A stretch of 64,000 nt of DNA. Origin: Candidatus Endomicrobiellum cubanum. Its GTDB lineage: Bacteria > Elusimicrobiota > Endomicrobiia > Endomicrobiales > Endomicrobiaceae. Of the stretch, positions 28,848 through 37,773 are shown one piece after another; the first letter of the stretch is position 1, and each line of letters starts with the position of its first letter. A model generated the notes under the pieces. The model worked only from the letters and a program-made list of their open reading frames with translations, was not told the origin of the DNA and did not search any database. Both the position numbers and the translations under genes were made by a program. The DNA is taken from assembly GCA_031269735.1 (NCBI GenBank), contig JAISYS010000008.1, positions 16 through 64,015 on the forward strand. Direction: 5' to 3'.

Positions 28848-31208
28848 ATGAAAGTATCATATAATTTACTTAAAAGTTTTGTAAGTTTTGATTTAGAACC
28901 TATGGAATTTGCTTGGGCACTCACTTCTATAGGAATAGAAACATCTGTTATTTCAAATACATGTAACTGGCCAAATGTGGTTACTGCCAAAATTTTAGAT
29001 ATAAACAAGCATCCTCAAGCTGATAAACTTTCTTTGTGTAAAGTAAGTGACGGCACAAAAGAGTATACTATAGTGTGTGGAGCAAAAAATATATCTGTAG
29101 GGCAAGTTGTCCCTCTTGCAAAAGTAGGAGCAGTACTGCCTAATAATTTCCAGATAAAAAAATCTAAAATTAGAGGCATAGAGTCTGAAGGAATGCTATG
29201 CTCCAAAAAAGAACTTGGGATTAGCAAAGAATCAGAAGGTATTTACATTCTTGATGATAAAACAAAAATAGGTAGTACTTTAGAAAGCGTTTTAGGTGAT
29301 TCAGACTCTATTTTTGATATAGAAATAACTCCAAACCGCGGAGATGTTTTAAGTCATCTTGGAGTGGCAAGAGAAATTGGTGCAAAACTTAAAAAGATTG
29401 TTACAATCCCTAAAATAAAGACTTTTAATGTTTCAGGATTAAATTGTGTCCAAGTAAAGTCTAACTTATGTTTGCGTTATATAGGAGGTGTAATTTCTGA
29501 TATTAAAGTTGGAGAGTCTCCTAAATGGGTTAAAGATATTTTAGAAAAAAGTGGTATTAGGTCAATTAACAATATTGTTGATATAACAAATTATGTTATG
29601 CTAGAGTTAGGGCAACCTCTACACGCTTTTGATTTAGAAAAGTTATCTTCTAAAAATATTGTTGTAAGAGCTGCAAACGAGTCTGAAAAAATTACAGCTT
29701 TAGATGGCAAAGAGTATAGTCTTTCTTCTGATATGCTTGTTATAGCAGACGATAAACAACCTGTTGCAATTGCTGGTGTAATGGGAGGTCAATATTCTGG
29801 AATTGATGTAAGTACACAGACAGTATTTTTAGAAAGTGCTATTTTTGACAGTGTATCTATAAGAAAGACTTCAAGGAAATTAAATTTATCTAGTGATTCC
29901 TCTTATCGGTTTGAAAGAGGTTTAAGTTGGGACATAGCCGAAACAGCTTTTTGGAGAGCTGTAAATCTTATATCTGATATTGCTGGCGGCAAAATTGAAG
30001 CACGAGAGGATCTTCAAAATGTTAAGCGCGAAAAAACGAGTATAGCTTTAAGAATTAATAGGGTTTTTAAAGTTTTAGGCTACAAAATAAATGAAGATGA
30101 AATAATAGAAATTTTAAGATACTTAGGCATAGATTTAGAGTCAAAAGGAGAGGTTATATTTTGCACGGTTCCATCGTGGCGTAACGATATAAAAGAAGAA
30201 GTAGACCTTGTTGAAGAAATTGTAAGAATTAAAGGCTACGATACTATTCCTTTACAAAGTAAACAGGCAGCTTATTCGTCAACTTTAAACGAATCTTTTA
30301 TTGGTAACACTGTAGAAAATTTTAGAGTTAAATTAAACGGACTTGGGTTTAACGAAGCTTTAAATTGTAGTTTTTGCGAAATTAAGGAACTAGAAAAGTT
30401 TGGTTTACAATACTCATATAAAATCATGAATCCTGTATCTAAAGAAAACGAAGTTCTAAGGCCGTCTTTACTTCCAGGACTTTATAAAAATTTGATGTTA
30501 AATATTAGCCAATGTGCAGAATCAGTTACTTTATTTGAATTTGGGAAAGTTTTTAATGAATTAGGTGAGAAAAAAAACTTTTCATTAATTGCTTATGGCA
30601 GAGTGTGGCAAGAATGGTGGAAATGGGAAGAGCAAAAAATCAGTCCAAAATATGATTTCTATTTTGGAGGCGGTGTAATAAAAAATATTTTATCAGAAGA
30701 TTTTGTGATTGTTCAAAATTTAACTCCTGCAAAATATTATCATATAGGCAAAACAGCAAGCATAATATACAGAGGTCAAGTTATTGGCCAGGTTGGTATT
30801 TTAAGTCCATCTATAAATGAAGATCTAAAAGACGAAATTTTTTACTGTCAAATGGATATAGATGCTATAGAAAAAGATAAAAATTCAAAAGTTATACGAT
30901 ATAAAAGTTTCTCAAAACTTCCTTTAGTAAGGAGAGATATTTCTGTAATTGCAGATAAAAGCTTACCTTTTAATGAAATAGAAAGTATTATAAAAGGTGT
31001 TATGAAATCTAACGGCATTTTAAGAAACTACTCTTTGTTTTCTGTTTATACAGATGAAGCAAAAATCGGCAAGGGTAAAATAAGTTATTCACTTAGGTTA
31101 TTATATAGAGACGATAACAAAACTTTAACGGATGCAGAAGTTAATAAAGACATGATACATCTTTTAGAAAAATTAGATAAAAACCTGCAAGTCAAACTTA
31201 GGGACTAA
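28848..31208 (+). CDS. pheT: Phenylalanine-tRNA ligase beta subunit
   Basis: 786 aa, tRNA-binding domain, B3/4, B5 and FDX-ACB-like C-terminus (RRDISVIAD...). Confidence 0.96.
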   Translation: MKVSYNLLKSFVSFDLEPMEFAWALTSIGIETSVISNTCNWPNVVTAKILDINKHPQADKLSLCKVSDGTKEYTIVCGAKNISVGQVVPLAKVGAVLPNNFQIKKSKIRGIESEGMLCSKKELGISKESEGIYILDDKTKIGSTLESVLGDSDSIFDIEITPNRGDVLSHLGVAREIGAKLKKIVTIPKIKTFNVSGLNCVQVKSNLCLRYIGGVISDIKVGESPKWVKDILEKSGIRSINNIVDITNYVMLELGQPLHAFDLEKLSSKNIVVRAANESEKITALDGKEYSLSSDMLVIADDKQPVAIAGVMGGQYSGIDVSTQTVFLESAIFDSVSIRKTSRKLNLSSDSSYRFERGLSWDIAETAFWRAVNLISDIAGGKIEAREDLQNVKREKTSIALRINRVFKVLGYKINEDEIIEILRYLGIDLESKGEVIFCTVPSWRNDIKEEVDLVEEIVRIKGYDTIPLQSKQAAYSSTLNESFIGNTVENFRVKLNGLGFNEALNCSFCEIKELEKFGLQYSYKIMNPVSKENEVLRPSLLPGLYKNLMLNISQCAESVTLFEFGKVFNELGEKKNFSLIAYGRVWQEWWKWEEQKISPKYDFYFGGGVIKNILSEDFVIVQNLTPAKYYHIGKTASIIYRGQVIGQVGILSPSINEDLKDEIFYCQMDIDAIEKDKNSKVIRYKSFSKLPLVRRDISVIADKSLPFNEIESIIKGVMKSNGILRNYSLFSVYTDEAKIGKGKISYSLRLLYRDDNKTLTDAEVNKDMIHLLEKLDKNLQVKLRD

Positions 31209-31220
31209 ACTTACATCAAA

Positions 31221-31263
31221 AAAACAATCCCGTGAATTTAGCTATTCACGGGATTGTTTTTTT
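31221..31263 (+). terminator. Rho-independent terminator of pheST
   Basis: acaatcccgtgaat (31224-37) pairs perfectly with attcacgggattgt (31244-57), followed by T7. Confidence 0.9.
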
Positions 31264-31354
31264 GAAACCTGACTTGACCTTTTGGGTTTCCCCTTTCCTC
31301 CTTTTTATGAGTGCTTTTTCCTTTTTTTCGTTAAAGCGGTCAAGTCAGGTTAGA
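31263..31354 (+). repeat. Family-2 inverted-repeat element, full copy
   Basis: aacctgacttgacc (31266-79) and ggtcaagtcaggtt (31338-51) are perfect 14-bp TIRs. The interior is pyrimidine-rich: gggtttcccctttcctccttttt... Confidence 0.8.
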
Positions 31355-31567
31355 AGAAAGTGTCCCTGATGCTCTAGAATGCCTATCGACAAAATGTGCA
31401 CGTCCAGAAGCAGAAGTATTTGCAGAAGCATTGGGTTTTCTGAAAGTAGCACTACTAGCCTGAGGCTGGCTTGAGTTTTGTGCGCTTGTAGCTATAGGCG
31501 TGCAAAATGTGGCTGTACAAAAAACAAAAAAGATGAAAGAGTCCAAACAGGGTTTTAGATAAGTCAT
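31340..31567 (-). CDS. Hypothetical small secreted protein (75 aa); the stop codon is supplied by the Family-2 TIR
   Basis: ATG 31567 lies 6 nt after AAGGAG. MTYLKPCLDSFIFFVFCTATFCTPIATSAQ signal-like N-terminus, then a S/A/Q/N-rich tail. The last codons aac-ctg-act-tga are TIR sequence. Confidence 0.35.
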   Translation of the reverse strand: MTYLKPCLDSFIFFVFCTATFCTPIATSAQNSSQPQASSATFRKPNASANTSASGRAHFVDRHSRASGTLSSNLT

Positions 31568-31848
31568 ACCAATCTCCTTTTTGAATGTTTTTTTGCCGTT
31601 AATAGTCCCAAACGGCATAGCCAAAATATTGAAATAAAAATATTTATGGAATTTTGTTTGATGTTTTGATACGAAATAGTTAAAAATTGATTTAATAGAG
31701 AAGAGAGGAATCTCTTAAACAGCAAGGAAAATCTTGTAACATAGACAGCTTCTTACAAAAAGCTACAATTGAATTGTATATAAAAAGAAATGATTTCACA
31801 TGGGCTCTCTAGACCCCTACCTCAGGAACCCTTATACGGACTTGACCT

Positions 31849-31891
31849 TGCGGAGATAATGCGCTAAAATCTCCGCATAAAATGCGGAGAT
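31849..31891 (+). promoter_or_regulatory. Alternative-hairpin element overlapping the fic SD
   Basis: tgcggagat (31849-57) and atgcggagat (31882-91, contains the GGAG SD 6 nt before ATG 31895) can each pair with atctccgcat (31869-78). Confidence 0.5.
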
Positions 31892-31894
31892 AAA

Positions 31895-33016
31895 ATGTAT
31901 ATCTATCAAAATCCAAAATGGCCAAATTTTATATGGAATAAAGAACTAATTGCCAAATTGCTTGTTAAAGTTAAATCGAGGCAAGCATACCTCTTAGGCA
32001 AAATGGATTCTTTGGGATTTGATATTAAAGAAAAAGCTTTTCTTAATACCATAACAGAAGATATTATAAAATCAAATGAAATAGAGGGGGAATTTTTAAA
32101 TACGCAACAGGTCCGTTCATCAATAGCTAGAAAACTTGGAATAAAGATTGAATCTAACATCAATATTGATCGCAATGTTGAAGGTGTTGTTGAAATGACG
32201 CTAGACGCAATGCAAAACTATAATAAACCTATTACAGAAAATCGTTTATTTGGTTGGCAGTCCTCAATGTTCCCCGGAGGTTTTAGTGGTTTATATAAAA
32301 TTAAAACTGGGTCATATAGAGATGATAACAAAGGTCCTATGCAAGTAGTATCCGGTGCAGTGGGCAGACAAAAAGTTCATTATCAAGCGCCTTGTGCAAA
32401 TGTTTTAAAGAAGGAAATGAGAAATTTAATTGTATATATAAATAACAAAGGAGATGGTATAGATTTAATCTTAAAGTCTGCAATTGCTCATTTGTGGTTT
32501 GTTTCTATACATCCATTTGAAGATGGCAATGGTAGAATCGCAAGAACTTTAAGCGATATGTTACTTGCAAGAAGCCAAAATTCTTCAGAAAGATTTTATT
32601 CTATGTCGTCCCAAATAAAAAAAGCAAGAAAATCATATTATAAAGTATTAGAAATTACGCAAAAATCATCATTAGATATTACGGTTTGGATTCAATGGTT
32701 TTTAGAAAATTTAATTTTGGCTATAGACTCTTCGCAAATTTTGTTGAAATCTGTTTTAGAAAAAACTGAGTTTTGGAAGAGGCATAAGGCTCAATTACTA
32801 AATGAGCGTCAAATAAAAATGCTTAATAAAATGTTTGATGATTTTAAAGGAGATCTTACAACATCAAAATGGGCAAAAATAACAAAATCATCTCAAGATA
32901 CTGCAACAAGGGATATAGCAGATTTGATAAGAAAAGGAATATTAGTTAAAAAAGGTTCTGCCCGCTCAACTCACTATGTAATACAGGATTTTTGTGATTT
33001 TAAAGAAACTCTATAA
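31895..33016 (+). CDS. Fic-family protein (AMPylase-type), class II with N-terminal inhibitory helix and C-terminal winged-helix-like domain
   Basis: 373 aa, Fic motif HPFEDGNGRIAR. Inhibitory (S/T)xxxE(G/N) motif is S60-NEI-E64-G65. Confidence 0.9.
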   Translation: MYIYQNPKWPNFIWNKELIAKLLVKVKSRQAYLLGKMDSLGFDIKEKAFLNTITEDIIKSNEIEGEFLNTQQVRSSIARKLGIKIESNINIDRNVEGVVEMTLDAMQNYNKPITENRLFGWQSSMFPGGFSGLYKIKTGSYRDDNKGPMQVVSGAVGRQKVHYQAPCANVLKKEMRNLIVYINNKGDGIDLILKSAIAHLWFVSIHPFEDGNGRIARTLSDMLLARSQNSSERFYSMSSQIKKARKSYYKVLEITQKSSLDITVWIQWFLENLILAIDSSQILLKSVLEKTEFWKRHKAQLLNERQIKMLNKMFDDFKGDLTTSKWAKITKSSQDTATRDIADLIRKGILVKKGSARSTHYVIQDFCDFKETL

Positions 33017-33025
33017 ATCTAAACT

Positions 33026-33093
33026 AAAACTTACATAAACAAAAACAATCCCGTGAATAGATTGAGTTCACATGATTGCTTTTGTTTTTGAAA
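33026..33093 (+). repeat. Degenerate duplicate of the pheT terminator region
   Basis: aaacttacataaacaaaaacaatcccgtgaat...ttcacatgattgcttttgtttttgaaa is about 80% identical by eye to 31207-31267. The hairpin arm carries 3 mismatches. Confidence 0.75.
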
Positions 33094-33350
33094 TAGTATT
33101 ATTTAGTAGTAAGAAAGAGTTGTCCTATGAGGATTCGAACTTAAATCGTTTATATAGTGTCCAGGTTAATATTTTATAAATAGTATAATATTTATTAAAA
33201 GGAATAAAAAGAAAAGTAATTGTGAAAGAGTAAGAAGTTGTCTAAAAAAGATAAAAAAAGGTTAAAATAAAGTAAAAAGAATAAATAAATTAAGTATAAT
33301 AAGAAGAAAAGATAGTTTTAATACTGTTGAAGTTGTAATTAGGGTAAGAT

Positions 33351-34127
33351 ATGAAAAAGGTAAAAGTACTTATTTTAAGAACAGCGGGCACAAATTGTGA
33401 TTTAGAAACTCAAAGTGCATTTGAACTTTGTGGGGCAGCTGTTGAGCGGCTTCATATAAACTTTTTAACAAATAATAAAGATAAGATTTTAAATTACGAT
33501 ATTTTAGCTTTTCCAGGAGGCTTTTCGTATGGGGATGACATAGCCTCTGGGAAAATACTTGCTAATGAGGTTAAAAATAAGCTTGGAGATCAAGTTAAAA
33601 AATTTGCTTTAAGTGAGAGACCAATTATTGGTATATGTAATGGGTTTCAAGTCTTAGCTAAAATGGGTCTTCTCCCAGAACCTAAACTTTTTGAGCAAGT
33701 ATCTACACTTTTTTATAATGATTCAGATAAATTTGAATGTCGTTGGGTTTATTTAAAAATGGAAGAAAAATCAAATTGTATTTGGACAAAAAACATTGCA
33801 TCGATTATAAGCTTGCCTATAGCGCACGGCGAAGGGAAATTTATTCCCAAAGATAAAAAACTTCTTGAAATATTGAATAAAAATAATCAAGTTGTGTTTA
33901 GATACTCTACAAAAGATGGCAAAGAGGCAAGTTATCCATTATGTCCAAATGGTTCAATTGAAAATATAGCTGGAATCTGCAATAAAAAAGGCAATGTTTT
34001 TGGTCTTATGCCTCATCCTGAAAGATATGTTTTATCATTACAACATCCTTGTAGAGAAGGACTTGATGGTGAATACGGTTGGGGGAAAATTATTTTCCAA
34101 AATGCAGTTAATGCTGTAAAATCATAA
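33351..34127 (+). CDS. purQ: Phosphoribosylformylglycinamidine synthase, glutaminase subunit (PurQ-type GATase)
   Basis: 258 aa, GICNGFQ nucleophile elbow, HGEG, MPHPER. No purL/purS adjacent. Confidence 0.75.
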   Translation: MKKVKVLILRTAGTNCDLETQSAFELCGAAVERLHINFLTNNKDKILNYDILAFPGGFSYGDDIASGKILANEVKNKLGDQVKKFALSERPIIGICNGFQVLAKMGLLPEPKLFEQVSTLFYNDSDKFECRWVYLKMEEKSNCIWTKNIASIISLPIAHGEGKFIPKDKKLLEILNKNNQVVFRYSTKDGKEASYPLCPNGSIENIAGICNKKGNVFGLMPHPERYVLSLQHPCREGLDGEYGWGKIIFQNAVNAVKS

Positions 34128-34244
34128 GAAGATGGCATTGATATTAGGTAAACTCAGTGTTCAGTAATAAATAGGTAGTAAAAAAAGAGAGGTTGTATTA
34201 TTAAATGATACATTAAAATTGTTTGATAAAAGGGAATTTTAACG

Positions 34245-35309
34245 ATGAATTATATAGGTTTAATTGAAAAGTACAGAAAATATTTACCGGTAAATGAAAA
34301 GACCCCAATTGTGTCTCTTTGTGAAGGGAACACACCGTTAATACAGGCAAAAAATTTGGCTAAAGAAATTGGATTTAAAGGTCAAATATATTTTAAGTTT
34401 GAAGGTCTAAATCCAACAGGTTCTTTTAAAGATAGAGGCATGACGATGGCTGTGTCTAAAGCTGTTGAAAGTGGCAGTAAGGCAATTATTTGTGCTTCTA
34501 CTGGTAACACTTCTGCTTCTGCGTCTGCATATGCAGCAAGTGCCGGCATAAAATGTGTAGTGTTAATTCCTGAGGGGAAAATTGCTTTGGGCAAACTTTC
34601 TCAGGCTCTTATGCATGGCGCTGAAGTTTTGGAAATAGATGGAAACTTTGATAAAGCTCTAAACATTGTAAAAGAGTTAAGTACTAAATACCTTATTACT
34701 CTAGTTAATTCAGTAAACCCTTTTAGGATAGAAGGCCAGAAAACAGCTTCTTATGAAATATGTGAAAGTTTAGATAAGGCCCCAGAATACCAATTCATGC
34801 CTGTAGGCAATGCAGGCAATATTACAGCTTATTGGAAAGGTTACAAAGAGTTAAATAATGAGAATCCTAAAAAGTATGGCCTCCCTAAAATGATGGGGTT
34901 TCAAGCTGCAGGAGCAGCTCCAATAGTGGAAGGGTGTCCTGTTTTACAACCAGAAACAGTAGCTACTGCTATAAGGATAGGTAATCCTACTTCTTGGAAA
35001 ACTGCAGAATTTGCTCGCGACGAATCTAAAGGGGTTATAGATAAAGTTACCGATGAAGAAATTCTGTTTGCTTATAGGCTTGTAGCTAAAAGAGAAGGTG
35101 TTTTTTGTGAGCCAGCTTCAGCAGCACCTATAGCTGGTCTTATAAAATATGTAAAGAAGGGATACTTTAAAGATGTGCAAAATTTACAAGTAGTATGCAT
35201 ACTTACAGGGCATGGTTTAAAAGATCCTGGTAATGCGATTGTTAATACCCAAAAGCCCAAAAAAGTTAAGTCAGACATAAATGAAGTCGTAAAGGCTATA
35301 GGATTTTAA
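34245..35309 (+). CDS. thrC: Threonine synthase
   Basis: 354 aa, PLP motif FKFEGLNPTGSFKDRGMT. Confidence 0.92.
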   Translation: MNYIGLIEKYRKYLPVNEKTPIVSLCEGNTPLIQAKNLAKEIGFKGQIYFKFEGLNPTGSFKDRGMTMAVSKAVESGSKAIICASTGNTSASASAYAASAGIKCVVLIPEGKIALGKLSQALMHGAEVLEIDGNFDKALNIVKELSTKYLITLVNSVNPFRIEGQKTASYEICESLDKAPEYQFMPVGNAGNITAYWKGYKELNNENPKKYGLPKMMGFQAAGAAPIVEGCPVLQPETVATAIRIGNPTSWKTAEFARDESKGVIDKVTDEEILFAYRLVAKREGVFCEPASAAPIAGLIKYVKKGYFKDVQNLQVVCILTGHGLKDPGNAIVNTQKPKKVKSDINEVVKAIGF

Positions 35310-35313
35310 TTTT

Positions 35314-36615
35314 GTGAAAATTGAACTTATTTGTACAGGCAGTGAACTCTTAAACGGAACAATAAATACTAATGCTGGTTTTATTGGTTCTAAACTTTGC
35401 AGTATAGGTCAGGAGTTATGCTTAATAACAGAGGTCAGTGATAAAAAAGAGGATTTAAAGAAAGTTTTTAACAGCGCTATATCTAGAAGCAACGTTATTA
35501 TTATTACAGGAGGGCTTGGCCCCACATTTGATGATATAACGGTTGAAAGTGTGTCAGAATGTTTAAATATTCCAGTCTATAATGATGAAAGAGTTTTAGA
35601 AAATATAAAAAAGTATTTTTTAAAAAGAGGAAAAGTATTTCCTGAAGTTAATAAAAAACAAGCAAATATTATTAAATCTGCCAAAATCTTAGAAAATAGA
35701 TTTGGTACAGCTCCTGGGCAGATGTTACATTTTGACTTTAAAGATAATGATAAAAGTGTTAGAAAAACTTTGTTCTTGTTGCCTGGTCCTCCTAGAGAAA
35801 TGCAAGGGATTTTTAACGATAACGTAGAACCATTTTTAAAAAGTTATTCTGTAGGCATAAGAAAATGTGCTTGTATAGGCGTTTTTGGGCTTGCAGAGTC
35901 TGAAATTGAAGAACTTATAAAACCTGTTATAGATGAAGCAAGGTTTGGCTATGATAGTGCAGTTGATTTTGGTATTTTAGCTAACGATTCTTTTGTGAAG
36001 ATTAAATTTTCTGTTTCAGGACGGGACGAGATTTTTATAGATGAAATTATAAATAAATTGAAGTCAGGTTTTTCTAATATTTTAAAAGATAATATTTTTG
36101 GTTTTGAAGATGATACTTTAGCGTCTGTAGTCGGGAGATTGCTAATTGCAAAGAAAAAAACTATTTCGCTTGCAGAATCTTGTACAGGAGGAAAAATAGC
36201 TTCTGCAATTACTGATATTCCAGGAAGCTCTTTATACTTAAAAAGTGCTATGGTAGTATATTCTAATGAGTCAAAAATAAAGTTGTTAGGTGTAAAAGAA
36301 GACACCATTAGTAATTTTGGAGCTGTAAGTGAGCAAACTGCTAAAGAGATGGCAGAAGCAGTTTTAAGACTTTCAAATACAGACTATGCATTATCAGTGA
36401 CAGGTATTGCAGGCCCTGGAGGGGCTAAGAAAGATAAACCGGTAGGACTTGTATATATTGGCCTTTCTAGTAAAAGAAGAACAGAAATTTTTAAGTTTGT
36501 TTTTAGTGGTCAAAGAGAACAAATAAGAAGGTATGCTGTAAACACAAGTTTGGATTTGCTTAGGAGACGGTTAACTAAATTAGGGGTTTTAGATAGGTCC
36601 TCAGATAGGAATTGA
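35314..36615 (+). CDS. cinA: CinA-family protein (MoCF-binding domain plus nicotinamide-nucleotide amidase PncC domain)
   Basis: 433 aa, GTG start, IELICTGSELLNGTINTNA...ITGGLGPTFDD...; C-terminal LAESCTGG. Confidence 0.9.
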   Translation: MKIELICTGSELLNGTINTNAGFIGSKLCSIGQELCLITEVSDKKEDLKKVFNSAISRSNVIIITGGLGPTFDDITVESVSECLNIPVYNDERVLENIKKYFLKRGKVFPEVNKKQANIIKSAKILENRFGTAPGQMLHFDFKDNDKSVRKTLFLLPGPPREMQGIFNDNVEPFLKSYSVGIRKCACIGVFGLAESEIEELIKPVIDEARFGYDSAVDFGILANDSFVKIKFSVSGRDEIFIDEIINKLKSGFSNILKDNIFGFEDDTLASVVGRLLIAKKKTISLAESCTGGKIASAITDIPGSSLYLKSAMVVYSNESKIKLLGVKEDTISNFGAVSEQTAKEMAEAVLRLSNTDYALSVTGIAGPGGAKKDKPVGLVYIGLSSKRRTEIFKFVFSGQREQIRRYAVNTSLDLLRRRLTKLGVLDRSSDRN

Positions 36616-36616
36616 G

Positions 36617-37060
36617 ATGGTTAAAGAAACTTCTTGTGGGGCAATAGTATATAAAATAAAAAGTGCTAGTCCTGTTTTTCTACTTGTAAAATCTGTTAAG
36701 GGGAATAGGTGGGGTTTGCCTAAAGGGCACATGGAAAAAAGCGAAACAGAAAGAGAAACTGCTATTAGAGAAATTTTTGAAGAAACAGGAATAAAGCAAC
36801 TTCAATTTGATGACACTTTTAGGCAAGAAGATATTTATATAATAGATAATGAAGAAACAGAGAAATTGGGATACAAAATAGAAAAACATGTAATATATTT
36901 TCTTGCTCTTTCAACTGGCCAGGAAGTTTTAGAGTATGATAGAAGTGAAATATCGGAAAGTAAGTGGGTAAATTTTCAAGAAGCAAAGAAATTACTTTTA
37001 TTTCATAATTCAAAAGAGATTTTAAGTTTAGCCTATAAAAAAATTACAGGAGGTAATTAA
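36617..37060 (+). CDS. NUDIX hydrolase
   Basis: 147 aa, Nudix box GHMEKSETERETAIREIFEETGI. Confidence 0.9.
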   Translation: MVKETSCGAIVYKIKSASPVFLLVKSVKGNRWGLPKGHMEKSETERETAIREIFEETGIKQLQFDDTFRQEDIYIIDNEETEKLGYKIEKHVIYFLALSTGQEVLEYDRSEISESKWVNFQEAKKLLLFHNSKEILSLAYKKITGGN

Positions 37061-37061
37061 T

Positions 37062-37772
37062 ATGAGTAATCCGCTTTTAAAAAACAGTGTTTTTGATTCG
37101 CCAATAAGAAGTAATGATGTTATGACAGTTTCAGGCACAATAAATAAAAGTATAATTCTTTGGGTGTTGCTTAGCGCCAGTGCGTTTTATTCTTGGACAC
37201 ATCCAGGTATAATTATGCCATTACTTGTACCTTTGTTAATTGCTGGGTTTGTTATAGCTATGATTTCTATTTTTAAAAAAGAGTATGCACCTTTTTTATC
37301 TCCGCTATATGCAATATGTGAAGGGTTAATTTTGGGTGCGATATCTTTATCTTTTGAAAAGTCTTATCCAGGTGTTGTTATAAACGCAATTTTATTAACT
37401 ATGTGCGTATTATTTTGTATGCTTGCAGCTTATAAAACGGGTATGCTTAGGGCTACGCCGAGATTTCAAAAAGTTGTAATATTTTCAACACTTGCTATAT
37501 GTTTGGTGTATGTTTTAGATTTGCTTTTAAATCTTTTTGGTGCTGGAAGTTTTTCTTATATCCATAATTCTTCAGGGCTTGGTATAATTATAAGTTTGGT
37601 TATAGTTGCAGTCGCTTCTTTAAACCTCATTATAGACTTTGATTTAATAGAACAAGGGTCTCAACAAGGGTCTCCTAAATACATGGAGTGGTACAGTGCT
37701 TTTGCACTTATGATAACGCTAATATGGCTTTACCTTGAGATGCTAAGACTTTTAAGCAAACTAAGAGATTGA
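37062..37772 (+). CDS. Bax-inhibitor-1/YccA-like integral membrane protein
   Basis: 236 aa, MSNPLLKNSVF... N-terminus followed by about 7 TM helices. Confidence 0.7.
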   Translation: MSNPLLKNSVFDSPIRSNDVMTVSGTINKSIILWVLLSASAFYSWTHPGIIMPLLVPLLIAGFVIAMISIFKKEYAPFLSPLYAICEGLILGAISLSFEKSYPGVVINAILLTMCVLFCMLAAYKTGMLRATPRFQKVVIFSTLAICLVYVLDLLLNLFGAGSFSYIHNSSGLGIIISLVIVAVASLNLIIDFDLIEQGSQQGSPKYMEWYSAFALMITLIWLYLEMLRLLSKLRD

Positions 37773-37773
37773 T

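Noticed and set aside
33117-33170. Possible tRNA 3' fragment on the minus strand (ggattcgaac is the reverse complement of a T-loop consensus) next to the Fic cassette, which would suggest tRNA-targeted integration
   Set aside because: Only the 10-mer matches. I could not build a T stem (ttaag vs cctca) or an acceptor stem, so the resemblance may be chance. Worth a tRNAscan/BLAST check, but not reportable.
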